DNA of 39,145 bases from Acidimicrobiia bacterium (GCA_046759765.1 JBHICV010000005.1:1-39145), one strand, 5' to 3'. Shown: positions 28,570 through 37,904, numbered from the stretch's first letter. Program-made: numbers and translations. The notes: a model not told the origin generated them from the sequence alone.

Positions 28570-30471
28570 TCAGCCTGCCGGCCGCAGCCTGGCCACTACG
28601 GGCAGGTGGTCGAGCGAGGCACCGGTGTTGACCACCACGGCCTGGATGGAGGTCAGGTCGGGTGTGTGAAAGATCCAGTCGATCCGGTACGGAACCCCGT
28701 TGCTCTCGGTGGTATAGCCGGCACCTTCTCCGGCTTCCCAGGCATCCTCGAACCCCGCATCGAGGATGAGTTGGGTCTGTCGCCAGTGGGGACGGGCGTT
28801 GGTGTCGCCCACGATCACGGTCCGATCTCGACCGCTCCACGCGTCGCGGACTACCGCGAACTGGGCCTCGTGGACGTCGAACAGATGGGCCTCGGCTTGT
28901 GCATCGGGGAGTTCCTCGCGCGGGTTGACCTGGAAATGGGTATTGATGACGGTCAGTTCGCCCTCGAGCGAGATGGTTGTCTCGAGGTAGGAGCGCTCCA
29001 AGATCGTACCGAGTGTCGGCAGGAGGTCGGATTGGGTTCCTGTAATCGGATACAGGCTGTAGGTGGCGTTGCCGCCGTCCTCAGCCCAAGCCCAGGCCGA
29101 GTGGCGGAGACGGAGCCGCGCGTTCATCCAGGCAACGAAGTCCGTGCTGCCGGTGATCAGCCAGCCGCGGGAGATTTCCTGGAGTCCAGCGATCTCGACA
29201 TTGGCCGCCTCGATCTCGCGGGCGATTCCCTCCGGGTCGACACGGCCGGAGGTGTTGATCCCTTGGGCGATGTTGTAGGTCATGACCACTACTGGGTAGC
29301 CCTCCCCGACGGGCTGCGCGGAGTTGACCGATAGGAAATAAATAAGAGCTGCCACGAACGTTGTGGCGACCGCCACGAAGGCGGGCGCGAGCGATACATC
29401 GGGCACTTCTTCGGCCCGGACGGCAACAAAAGCGGCCACGACCACCAGTAGTCCCGCCACCAGAACCACCTGGTATGCGCTCAGTGGGAGGTCGAGCTGC
29501 AGCGGCAGGTAATAGAGGAGCGCCAGCCCGACGAAGAGAACGTTGCCGACACCCAGGCCCACGCCTGCGGTGCCCGAGGCCTTCGTCGGCTCGCCCACGA
29601 CTCCGGCCAGCCACACGCCCCCCATGGCGATACCCAAAAGAGCCGTTAATGCGAACACGACCCCGGTTGCGTCAGAGAGGACCGCTACGCCGAGCAGGAC
29701 GATGCCGGAGACAGCCACCGGACCTCGGCGGGCTGGGACTCGAGCGGCCAGGAGCAGAGCTGCCACATTGCCGGCTCCGATCCAGAGGAGAGTTGCCCCG
29801 GCTGACCAGCCGGTCGCTGACGCCAACCATCCCTGGTTCTGGAGAATGAGCATCTCGAGGAACAGCCAGGGACCGAACCCGGCCAGAGCAACCGCCATCC
29901 GGCTGGTCCGTCCGCCCTGGTGGGCAGGCAGGGCCGTGTCTCCATAAACGAGATAGCCGAGCGCGACAGCCGCAAAGGCAACGAGTATCAGCGGCCAAGT
30001 CTCGTTGATCCAGCTCAGATCGAGGGTGGTAGCTGCGCCCTTGACGGAAGTGTCGACGGCTAGACCGGCCAGGAAGCCCATGGTGAATAACCGGCCGGAG
30101 CCCTCGAGCAGTCCGGCCATAAGCCAGAGAAAGAACGTCACTCCGACGAACGAGGCCGCCATGTCGAATGCGGAGCTGACCGAGATCTGCTCCAGCAGAC
30201 GGGCGGCTGCCAGACCCCCTGCCGAGAGAAGGACCGTGCCGTCCCTGCCGAGGAAGCGGAACAGAAGAGGGACGGCAAGCGACAGAACGAAAGGTCCCAC
30301 TGCCCACGGGATCACTCCGTACAGGCCGACGCCGGCTATGTCACGCAGGTAGAAGGCGACGAGCGGAAAGAAGACCCGGAGCAGTTCCAGCCCAAGTACG
30401 GCCGACAGCCCGACAATGACCAAATAGCTCGTCTCGCTCCGTTTATTGGCCTCCGTCCGCACGGTCAGCAT
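28570..30471 (-). CDS. Polytopic membrane protein fused to a C-terminal endonuclease/exonuclease/phosphatase (EEP) domain
   Basis: About 380 aa of consecutive TMs, then MTYNI, GLQE, NTH, GDTN, RIDWIF, DHLPV. Start at ATG 30471 or GTG 30462. Confidence 0.85.
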   Translation of the reverse strand: MLTVRTEANKRSETSYLVIVGLSAVLGLELLRVFFPLVAFYLRDIAGVGLYGVIPWAVGPFVLSLAVPLLFRFLGRDGTVLLSAGGLAAARLLEQISVSSAFDMAASFVGVTFFLWLMAGLLEGSGRLFTMGFLAGLAVDTSVKGAATTLDLSWINETWPLILVAFAAVALGYLVYGDTALPAHQGGRTSRMAVALAGFGPWLFLEMLILQNQGWLASATGWSAGATLLWIGAGNVAALLLAARVPARRGPVAVSGIVLLGVAVLSDATGVVFALTALLGIAMGGVWLAGVVGEPTKASGTAGVGLGVGNVLFVGLALLYYLPLQLDLPLSAYQVVLVAGLLVVVAAFVAVRAEEVPDVSLAPAFVAVATTFVAALIYFLSVNSAQPVGEGYPVVVMTYNIAQGINTSGRVDPEGIAREIEAANVEIAGLQEISRGWLITGSTDFVAWMNARLRLRHSAWAWAEDGGNATYSLYPITGTQSDLLPTLGTILERSYLETTISLEGELTVINTHFQVNPREELPDAQAEAHLFDVHEAQFAVVRDAWSGRDRTVIVGDTNARPHWRQTQLILDAGFEDAWEAGEGAGYTTESNGVPYRIDWIFHTPDLTSIQAVVVNTGASLDHLPVVARLRPAG

Positions 30472-30484
30472 GCTGGCAGGGCAA

Positions 30485-30596
30485 TCGTTTTGGTGACGCT
30501 TATCCACCCGTAGGGGGTGTAGGCGTCACAAAAAAATCCGATGGTCTCGTTTTGGTGACGCTTATCCACCTATAGGGGGTGTGGGCGTCACAAAAA
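30485..30596. repeat. Two tandem copies of a 50-bp palindromic (REP-like) unit
   Basis: TCGTTTTGGTGACGCTTATCCACC(CG/TA)TAGGGGGTGT(A/G)GGCGTCACAAAAA at 30485-30534 and 30547-30596; 47/50 identical; 12-bp spacer. Confidence 0.9.
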
Positions 30597-30658
30597 GGTC
30601 TGCGATGCGCGCCCACGGCGGAATGCTCCGGCCCCGGTGACCTTAGCTGCGCACCTAC

Positions 30659-31396
30659 TCAGCTGCTTCGGATCAGCACGTAGGCGGCCAGGAAGCCGAG
30701 GCTGTTGACCGAGGCGTGCGCCAGCATCGGAGCGAGGAGGCTTCCGGAGCGCAGCCTCAACCAGGAGAAGCCAAATCCGGCCACGGTGGTGGCCGCCACG
30801 GCGGCCGCCAACGCCCCTGCAACGCCGAGCGCCGCCTCGGTCGTCTCTATCACCGGGCTCGTTTCCAAAGCGTCGAGCGTCGGGAGTATGTGCCAGAGGC
30901 CGAACAGACTCGATGAGATGGCGACCGCGCGCCCAGTTGTTGTCAGGCTCAACAGCAAACCCAAGAGAACCCCACGAAAAGCCACCTCTTCGAAAACAGC
31001 CGTTCCCAGGGGTATGCGTACCAGCACTTCGTAAGCCGCCTCGGCCGACGAGGCGTCAGTCACGCGCTGATCCTCGAAGAACGAGCGAAACGCCGGGACC
31101 AGCGCCAGGGCCGTGACGCCCACAGCTACAACCGCTGCTGTTCCAAGGCCCCACTTCAGCCCGTCGCTCAGGCGCTTGCGGGCGAGGCCCATCTCGCCCC
31201 AAGAGAGACCGCCGGCTCGTCCGAGCCCGAGCAAGATCCCGGACATCGCCAGGTTGGCGGGTACGTATGAGGCGGTAGGGAACACACGGTTGCTCAGAAA
31301 GTTGTAGATCGCGAGCAGTCCCACGGTGCCGCCCAGGATCCCCTGGAGTCGTGAGTTCTCGCCAGGCGGGGATTCGAGCTGTGACTGCCTACTCAT
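30659..31396 (-). CDS. CPBP (Abi/CAAX) family intramembrane glutamic endopeptidase
   Basis: FEEVAFRG, LFGLWH and AHASVN motifs with multiple TMs. Confidence 0.92.
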   Translation of the reverse strand: MSRQSQLESPPGENSRLQGILGGTVGLLAIYNFLSNRVFPTASYVPANLAMSGILLGLGRAGGLSWGEMGLARKRLSDGLKWGLGTAAVVAVGVTALALVPAFRSFFEDQRVTDASSAEAAYEVLVRIPLGTAVFEEVAFRGVLLGLLLSLTTTGRAVAISSSLFGLWHILPTLDALETSPVIETTEAALGVAGALAAAVAATTVAGFGFSWLRLRSGSLLAPMLAHASVNSLGFLAAYVLIRSS

Positions 31397-31460
31397 GAGG
31401 CCGGCAGCGTAACGGCAGCTTGGCGGACAAGCTTCGGCGGGCTTGCTCAGTTCAGATGCG

Positions 31461-32525
31461 CTAACCCGTCGGAAGCACCACGCGAACGACTGTGCCCACC
31501 TGTGGCTCGCTGGAGATGTCGATAGTTCCGCCGTGTGCCTCGACCAGATCCCGGCTGATCGTCAGCCCTAAACCCGAGCCGGAGGAACCCTCGCCCTTTT
31601 GGAACCGGTCGAAGACCGGCGGCAAAGCATCCGCGTCGATCCCAATGCCGGTGTCTCGCACCTCGATCACTGCACTGTCCGGTCTCTTCTCGGTCAACAG
31701 CGACAGCGTTCCCCCTTCCGGCATGGCATCCAGGGCGTTCACCACCAGATTGGTCACCACCTCTCGGATGCGGACCGGATCGACCCTCACATCATCGAGG
31801 TTCGAGTCGAGCCGCGTTTCGATCTCAACTCCTGCGTCGCCGGCTGTTCGTCGGTACGAATCGGCGATATCGGCCAAGAGAGACGCAAGATCAGTCGGTT
31901 CGGGGTGCAAATCCAGGGCACCTGCCTCAGCCAGGCTGAGTGTCCGTAAGTCCTCGAGAAGGCGCTCCATGACCACGACTTCATCGAGCAGCAGGTCGAG
32001 GTGCTCGGCCGGCTCGTGGACCCCGTCGATCATCGCCTCGATCTCACCCCGGACAACCGTCAGCGGCGTACGTAGCTCATGGCCGACGTCCGCCAGCAAC
32101 TGTCTTCGTTGCGCATCAGCCTCTTCTAAGCGGGTCGCCATCTCGTTGAATGAACGGACAACGGACCCCATCGCGGGTGAAGAGGGGGATGCGGCCCGGG
32201 CCGAGTAGTCGCCATCGGCCAGTGCCCCCGCGGCGCCAATGAGATCCCGGACGGGGAGCCACGTTCTCCTGATGCTACGACCGACGAGTGTCCCGATGAT
32301 CAGAAAAAGGAGTGCGACCAATAGAACCGCACCTAGGGCTGCACCCAACTCGACGGAGCTGACCAAGACAGCCATTAGTGCTCCGAGCGCGACTAGGCCG
32401 GTAACGATGAACAGCATGAAGGTGGCGAACCGAAAGAAGAGGCGATAACCAAACTTATTCCAGGTCTCCCTACCTTCACCCCAACCCGAGTCGGGCGTCC
32501 AGGACCCCCAGCCCCGCTTATGCAT
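31461..32525 (-). CDS. HAMP sensor histidine kinase (BaeS-like, intramembrane-sensing architecture)
   Basis: Two TMs with almost no loop, HAMP, H-box HELRTPL, N-box NLVVNA, DTGIGI, FDRF, GSGLGL. Confidence 0.93.
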   Translation of the reverse strand: MHKRGWGSWTPDSGWGEGRETWNKFGYRLFFRFATFMLFIVTGLVALGALMAVLVSSVELGAALGAVLLVALLFLIIGTLVGRSIRRTWLPVRDLIGAAGALADGDYSARAASPSSPAMGSVVRSFNEMATRLEEADAQRRQLLADVGHELRTPLTVVRGEIEAMIDGVHEPAEHLDLLLDEVVVMERLLEDLRTLSLAEAGALDLHPEPTDLASLLADIADSYRRTAGDAGVEIETRLDSNLDDVRVDPVRIREVVTNLVVNALDAMPEGGTLSLLTEKRPDSAVIEVRDTGIGIDADALPPVFDRFQKGEGSSGSGLGLTISRDLVEAHGGTIDISSEPQVGTVVRVVLPTG

Positions 32526-33207
32526 CCGCGAACCTGTAACCGACCCCGTAGACGGTCAGCAACAGCTCGGGCCGGTGCGGATCAGACTCGATCTTGCGTC
32601 TGATGTTCTTGATGTGGGCGTCGATCGACCGCTCGTACGAGTCGAAGGCCACTCCGTGGACACTGTCAAGCAGCTGGGCGCGGGTGTAGATCCGGCCCGG
32701 ATGCCGTGCCAGCGTCAGGAGAAGGTCGAACTCGGTCGGTGTCAGCTCAACGGACTCGTCCCTCACTGTCACGCGACGCTTGGGAATGTCGATTGTTAAT
32801 TGGCCGGCGCGTACTACCTCACCCCCGCCCAGCGTGGCGTCGGCGCGGCGCAACACGGCTCTTATGCGGGCGATCAGCTCCTTGGGGCTGAACGGCTTGG
32901 TTATGTAATCGTCTGCACCGAGCTCCAGACCCACGATGCGATCGGTCTCTTCGGTCCTGGCCGTCAGCATGATGATGGGGACGGACGACGTCTCTCGCAG
33001 CCGCCGGGCCACATCGAGGCCGTCCATGCCAGGGAGACCTAGATCGAGAACGATCATGTCTGGTCGCTCTGCTCTAGCTAGGGCGAGGGCGGCCTGACCG
33101 TCGGCAGCCTCGATTACCGCGAAACCCGCCTGGGACAGGTAGTCCCGGACCAGGCGGGTGATCTTGAGTTCGTCTTCAACGATCAGAACCGTTTTCACTC
33201 TGCTCAT
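32518..33207 (-). CDS. OmpR-family response regulator
   Basis: LIVEDE, LDLGLPGMDG, IIMLTA, GADDYITKPF, LTPTEFDLL, HIKNIRRKIE, TVYGVGYRF. Start at ATG 33207 or GTG 33198. Confidence 0.94.
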   Translation of the reverse strand: MSRVKTVLIVEDELKITRLVRDYLSQAGFAVIEAADGQAALALARAERPDMIVLDLGLPGMDGLDVARRLRETSSVPIIMLTARTEETDRIVGLELGADDYITKPFSPKELIARIRAVLRRADATLGGGEVVRAGQLTIDIPKRRVTVRDESVELTPTEFDLLLTLARHPGRIYTRAQLLDSVHGVAFDSYERSIDAHIKNIRRKIESDPHRPELLLTVYGVGYRFADA

Positions 33208-33550
33208 TGTCGCGGTCCCAGTCGAGATCACCGACCCAACTGTCGACCTCATCCCGAGCATGGGCCAGACGGTGCCAATCCTCGAACTGCTCCTGGCGGC
33301 TCTTCGTTGGCGGAACCTGGCTCCGGCGTGCCGGCCGATGCCGATTCCATGGCTGCCGTGGGCGTCCGTCGTAGCTGCGGAAGAAGAACCCACCGACGGC
33401 TCCGATGAAGAGGAGGATTATGAGAATCTTGCCGAGGATCAGCAGCGGAGCCAGTAGTAACAGGCCGGCTCCTACTCCCTCGGCCCCACCGAAAAGGAGG
33501 GCGCCGAGAGCGATCAGTCCTACGGCCAGGAAGGCGAAACGAAACAACAT
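33176..33550 (-). CDS. Small two-TM membrane protein preceding the two-component genes
   Basis: AGGAG RBS; two TMs then a cytoplasmic tail with FEDWHRLAH; overlaps the regulator start. Confidence 0.78.
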   Translation of the reverse strand: MLFRFAFLAVGLIALGALLFGGAEGVGAGLLLLAPLLILGKILIILLFIGAVGGFFFRSYDGRPRQPWNRHRPARRSQVPPTKSRQEQFEDWHRLAHARDEVDSWVGDLDWDRDNEQSENGSDR

Positions 33551-33591
33551 GGGTGCTCCTTTTCTCGATTTGATTCACCTTCCACCGACAT

Positions 33592-33630
33592 TGTGGAGAC
33601 GACGTGAACGCGGAACGGAGACATGTGGAG
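33592..33630 (-). promoter_or_regulatory. Putative tandem binding repeats for the OmpR-family regulator
   Basis: Minus strand CTCCACA-tgt-CTCCGTT-ccgcg-TTCACGT-cgt-CTCCACA (10/12/10-bp spacing) about 40 bp upstream of the operon. Confidence 0.5.
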
Positions 33631-33710
33631 CGATTAGGTAGACCGCCGAGGACCGGTGATGGTCCCAGGTTCTAGGTGCCAGAATCGGCGTGTCCGGGAT
33701 GGGAGTCCTA

Positions 33711-34080
33711 GTGAATCTAAAAGCGGCTGATACTGCTGTACGTTGTTGCCTACCTGGTTGGTGGCGGGCTGCTGCTGGCGCTGGTGCCTGGCTTTTTCTT
33801 GGATCTGCTCCAATCCAACGGTGACTACGGAGACATCATGCCTCGCCTGGTGGGCATGTTCATGGCCGGCCTCGGCGCGCTGGTTGGGATGATTGTCTAC
33901 TACCGGGACTACAACTACTACCCGTTCTCGGTGGTGGCCCGAACGGTGTTCGTTATCTTCATCTTTGTCCTTTATGGGTTGAGTGAGGACCCCTTCTTCC
34001 TGATCGTCAATGCGATAGTCCTGGTGGGCCTGCTCCCCTCCTATTACGTTCTGGCTAGGGAGCGGTCCTCAACGAGCTAG
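33711..34080 (+). pseudogene. Small four-TM membrane protein with an apparent 1-nt insertion just after the start; possibly a sequencing artefact
   Basis: GGGAG RBS, then GTG AAT CTA [A] AAG CGG CTG ATA...; removing one A from AAAA 33719-33722 gives MNLKRLILLYVVAYLVGGGLLLALVPGFFLDLLQSNGDYG..., continuous with ORF 33784-34080. Confidence 0.68.
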
Positions 34081-34994
34081 AACGTGTGCCCGGAACCCTC
34101 CGCCACCGCTGCCCAGTTAGGGAGGGCTTCTCGCCGCTCCAACCACTCTGGGGGAATCCCCGTGACCCCAACGCGGCCGGCGACTACGCCTCCGACGATG
34201 GCACATGTCGTGTCCACGTCTCCTCCGGCTTCGGCCGTCGACCAAAGGGCGTCCTCGTAGTCATCGAGATGGTGAGCAGCCACCCACAGCGCAAACGGCA
34301 CGGTGTCTTGAGCCGTGATTCGGGAGCCGTTGCCCAGCCTCGCGACCGCATCCACTAAGCCGATCTCTGGCTCCAGTTGGGCCGCCAATTCGATGCCGGC
34401 GCGCACGGCGCCGGCAGGTATCGACTCCAAGATCACTTCGAGGAAATCGCTCGGGGAGAGAGGTTCGCCTCTGCTCTTGCTTGCCGCGGCGGCTCCCACC
34501 GCCACAGCTATCGCTCCGGCGATCCCTTCCGGGTGAGCGTGGGTGACCTCGGCGGATCTGCTCGCCTCGTCGGCGACTCGGTCTAGGTCGCGCGCCCAGA
34601 AGGCGCCCAGCGGCGCCACCCGCATCGATGCTCCATTGCCATACGACCCCTGACCGCTAAAGAGACGCCGGGCCTCAGCACGCCAGTTGGCACCCGCCTG
34701 GATCCTCCGCAGAAGACCGTGCATTGCAGGGCCGTAGCCTCGGGTGCTGTTGTATCGAGCCGCGAACGACTGCGCCAGGGCGTCCTGATCCAAGCCCCGG
34801 CCATCGAGCAGAACCTCCACTATTGACAGCGCCATGTTGGTGTCGTCAGTCCACCGCCACGGCGCCGGGGGAAGAATCCGATCAGGCAGACAGTTGGCAG
34901 CAATCTCGGCGAAGAAGAACCGTTGGCCGAAAGCGTCGCCAACGCTCAAGCCCGCCAGGCTCTCCATCATGGCCAATTGGCCGTTGCTCGCCAC
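34077..34994 (-). CDS. ADP-ribosylglycohydrolase family protein
   Basis: GLSVGDAFG, WTDDT, RGYG, SYGNGASMR, VTH, GGDVDT. Confidence 0.92.
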   Translation of the reverse strand: MASNGQLAMMESLAGLSVGDAFGQRFFFAEIAANCLPDRILPPAPWRWTDDTNMALSIVEVLLDGRGLDQDALAQSFAARYNSTRGYGPAMHGLLRRIQAGANWRAEARRLFSGQGSYGNGASMRVAPLGAFWARDLDRVADEASRSAEVTHAHPEGIAGAIAVAVGAAAASKSRGEPLSPSDFLEVILESIPAGAVRAGIELAAQLEPEIGLVDAVARLGNGSRITAQDTVPFALWVAAHHLDDYEDALWSTAEAGGDVDTTCAIVGGVVAGRVGVTGIPPEWLERREALPNWAAVAEGSGHTF

Positions 34995-35028
34995 TATCGG
35001 TCCAAGGAAGGTTGACCTCGATCCTGAC

Positions 35029-35541
35029 CTACACCACTTCGACGTTCACGGTCGTGGGCACCGCTCTCTGCAGCGCATCTGACACTGGTGAATGTTGATC
35101 CGACCACTCGACGATCTCCCGGAGTCGTTCGGCTGAAGCGCCTTCCGCGCCAATCTTCACCCGGATACTGGTACTGAGTGGGCCGGCAGGAATCGAGTCG
35201 TCCATTCCAAAGAGACCCTGGTCATCTGACACCGAGTCGACTGTTACCTCCAGAGTGGACAGCTCGACGCCCTCCTGCGCAGCCCGCATCGCGATCACGG
35301 TGGCGTCACAGCTGGCGATGGCGGCGCGAAGAAACCAACCGGGAGTTGGAGCTGAATCCTCGCCGCCTACTCCCCGGGGCATGTCCGTCACCACCGTCGC
35401 GCCCTCAGGGCCTTCGACCCTCGACTTCAACCCGTCTATCACTGCCGTGGCAGTGGAATCCGTGTAGCGCGCCTGGTCAGGCTTCTCGGTCAGATATTGG
35501 ATTGCCCGTCCGATCGACCTCCCGATACGTTCCGTGGTCAC
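35029..35541 (-). CDS. OsmC family protein
   Basis: TDMP..VGGEDSAPTPG...AIASC, HSPV; GGAGG RBS before GTG 35541. Confidence 0.88.
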   Translation of the reverse strand: MTTERIGRSIGRAIQYLTEKPDQARYTDSTATAVIDGLKSRVEGPEGATVVTDMPRGVGGEDSAPTPGWFLRAAIASCDATVIAMRAAQEGVELSTLEVTVDSVSDDQGLFGMDDSIPAGPLSTSIRVKIGAEGASAERLREIVEWSDQHSPVSDALQRAVPTTVNVEVV

Positions 35542-35705
35542 GGCACCTCCCATCATCAGTCCGGAAAGTATGGCCGCTTTGGTTGATGGGCTCGTGAGCG
35601 ACCGCCCATTTGATTGTCCCCTAAGCGACATTCTTGCCGCTGGACGACCACCCGCCACGTTATGAGAGCGGCACGCTGACCCCACCTCGGAATGGATCTC
35701 AGACA

Positions 35706-36941
35706 ATGAAGCGCATCTCAGTCATTCTCGCAATCGTCGTAGCCGCGGTAGCCGTTGTCGCCTTGATCGCTGCAGTCGGGTCCTCGGACCCGGCCGCTGC
35801 CGAGCCCGCCCCAACAACGCCCCCCTCTCCCTCCGCGCCTGTGACGACGGTGGTCGATGGTCCGGTAACGATCCCCGATGGGATCGCTCTAGCGGTCGGG
35901 AGCTGGGAGACGAATTGGAATCGCCGCACTATTGAGCTCGACGAACTGGTGCTCGGTATACCCGCCTCCGACCCCCGCGACATCATCCGACCTCTCGACT
36001 TCCCTGCCTACGAGACCCTGGAGGAGGCCGGGCAGTGGCTGGTCGACAACGAGATCGGAATCCTCTTCGAGATAGAAGGAATTGCTCGCTTTTATCCGCT
36101 TCGGATTCTCACGTCCCACGAGATCGTCAACGACGAGTTAGCTGGCATCCCCTTCGCTATCACATATTGTCCTCTTTGCAATACGGCGGTTGCATTCGAT
36201 CGCAGGGTCGATGGTGAGGTGCTCCGATTCGGGGTTTCGGGACTGCTCCGTAAGTCCGATCTGGTCATGTGGGATGACGGGACCCAGTCGCTGTGGCAGC
36301 AGATTTCCGGCGAAGGCATCGTCGGAGAACACGCCGGCACCCAGTTGGGGTTTCTCGTCACGTCCACGGTGACGTGGGCTGACTTCAAGGCCGCCCACTC
36401 CGACGGGGAGGTCCTATCTCGGAACACCGGCTTCGGTTTCAACTATGGAAGCAACGGGTATGTCGGGTATACGAGTCGAAACGCGCCGATCGGTGGTTTC
36501 TTCTCAGATGAAGTCGACTCTCGTTTTCCGGCAATGGAGAGAGTGGTCGGAGTACGGGTGGGAGACGTCACCAAGGCCTACCCATTCAGCCTCATCAGCG
36601 AAGAAGGCGTGGTCAACGACGAGCTGGCGGGGACCCCCGTCACCGTGTGGTGGGCCGATACCGGAGCTGCTGACAACTTCGATGCGGCGCAGCCCGGAGG
36701 CGGCCGGGTCATTGGTACCGGGATTGCGCTCCTCCCGACGGTAGGCGATCAGGTGTTGACCTTCAGCGCCAACGGGGACGGCACGTTCATCGACGCCAAG
36801 ACCGGCAGTACGTGGACCCTGTTCGGTGAGGCCGTGGATGGCCCCCTGGCAGGAACTCAGCTCGAGACTGCCCTTCACCAGAATGAGTTCTGGTTCGCTT
36901 GGGCGGCTTTCAATGTCGGCTCACCGGTACATGGGACCTGA
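35706..36941 (+). CDS. DUF3179 domain exported protein with CxxC
   Basis: Signal/anchor, HEIVND, TYCPLCNT, FGVSGLL..SDLVMWD..TQSLWQQ, FWFAWAAF. Confidence 0.88.
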   Translation: MKRISVILAIVVAAVAVVALIAAVGSSDPAAAEPAPTTPPSPSAPVTTVVDGPVTIPDGIALAVGSWETNWNRRTIELDELVLGIPASDPRDIIRPLDFPAYETLEEAGQWLVDNEIGILFEIEGIARFYPLRILTSHEIVNDELAGIPFAITYCPLCNTAVAFDRRVDGEVLRFGVSGLLRKSDLVMWDDGTQSLWQQISGEGIVGEHAGTQLGFLVTSTVTWADFKAAHSDGEVLSRNTGFGFNYGSNGYVGYTSRNAPIGGFFSDEVDSRFPAMERVVGVRVGDVTKAYPFSLISEEGVVNDELAGTPVTVWWADTGAADNFDAAQPGGGRVIGTGIALLPTVGDQVLTFSANGDGTFIDAKTGSTWTLFGEAVDGPLAGTQLETALHQNEFWFAWAAFNVGSPVHGT

Positions 36942-36959
36942 GGCGCTAAGTAGGGCCTT

Positions 36960-37298
36960 TTAGATCGCTGTCTGGGCTTCCTCGCGGTATACCCGGACGA
37001 GAGCGACGGCGGTCAGTGCCGCGGCCACAACGAACAGAGCCCCGATGCTGAAGAGGGCCAGAAAGCCAAGGCCGGCAAAAACGAGAGTGGATATGAGCAG
37101 AGCGGCTTTGGCGAGGGAGCGGTTGGCCGCGACTGCGCCGGTAAGCGCTCCGAGAGCAGCCACGGCCATCAAACCGGCCCACGGCGCTACTTCCCAGACG
37201 GTGTTACCTCCTTGACCGAGGATGACGGCCAGGTACATGCCCAAGGTGATCAGCCCGATGACTCCGGCGGCCAGCGCCCAGGGCCGAGTTCGTGCCAT
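36960..37298 (-). CDS. Small hypothetical four-TM membrane protein
   Basis: Hydrophobic throughout, LALFSIG motif; TAGCTT 6 nt before the ATG. Confidence 0.75.
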   Translation of the reverse strand: MARTRPWALAAGVIGLITLGMYLAVILGQGGNTVWEVAPWAGLMAVAALGALTGAVAANRSLAKAALLISTLVFAGLGFLALFSIGALFVVAAALTAVALVRVYREEAQTAI

Positions 37299-37373
37299 CT
37301 GCTCAAGCTAACGCGAGCGCGCTACACGGGCCACGTCATCAACATGACCGCGTGCCGCTTGGTTTGACCCGGG

Positions 37374-37748
37374 TTAAGCCAGAGCGGCCTTAGCGGCGGC
37401 GAGATCCTCGACCGCCAGCACCACGCGGTTGTTACCCGCGATGTAGGAAAGCTCGATGTTCAAACCGGCATCGGCCATCCGCCTCGCCAGCTTCCCGAGC
37501 TCCCCGGGCCGGTTCTGCGCATCGACGATGAGGACCTCACGTTGCCCCCGTACATCGACACCGGCTCCCTCCAGTGCTTGGCGGGCCTCAGCAGGGTCGC
37601 CTTCGATCGCGATGTGGAACTCGCCGACATCGTCAACCAGCACCATGCAGGCCCCGTCGATGTTGATCCCTTTCTCCGCGAGGGCTTCCGCCGCCGTCGC
37701 CAGGGTGCCCGGCCGGTTAGGAAGACTCGCCGTAATATCCCAGGCCAT
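37374..37748 (-). CDS. Tandem ACT-domain protein
   Basis: Two ACT repeats NRPGTLA...GINI and NRPGELG...GLNI; AGGAGG RBS. Confidence 0.88.
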   Translation of the reverse strand: MAWDITASLPNRPGTLATAAEALAEKGINIDGACMVLVDDVGEFHIAIEGDPAEARQALEGAGVDVRGQREVLIVDAQNRPGELGKLARRMADAGLNIELSYIAGNNRVVLAVEDLAAAKAALA

Positions 37749-37904
37749 GTCGCCTCCTTCCTCAGCACCATAAACGTACACGTTTTGTCGAGCCGGGACT
37801 CCGGCGCAGGCTGCCGGTGGGAACTGCCAACTCGAACTGACCGAGCGGCAGTGGTCAGGACCTTGTCACCCGTCGGGTAGGTTGAGCCTCTCGCCGGAGG
37901 GGAC

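Noticed and set aside
30500..30570. Replication origin based on DnaA-like boxes
   Set aside because: Only two imperfect boxes, both products of one duplication; no dnaA/dnaN and no extended AT-rich unwinding region.
30485..30596. CRISPR array
   Set aside because: Only two 50-bp units with a 12-bp spacer, and no cas genes in the window.
31425..31447. Intrinsic terminator after the histidine kinase
   Set aside because: Short CAAGC/GCTTG stem with no U-tract on the minus strand.
35706..36941. Selenocysteine recoding in DUF3179
   Set aside because: Both redox positions are ordinary Cys codons (CPLC); no in-frame TGA.
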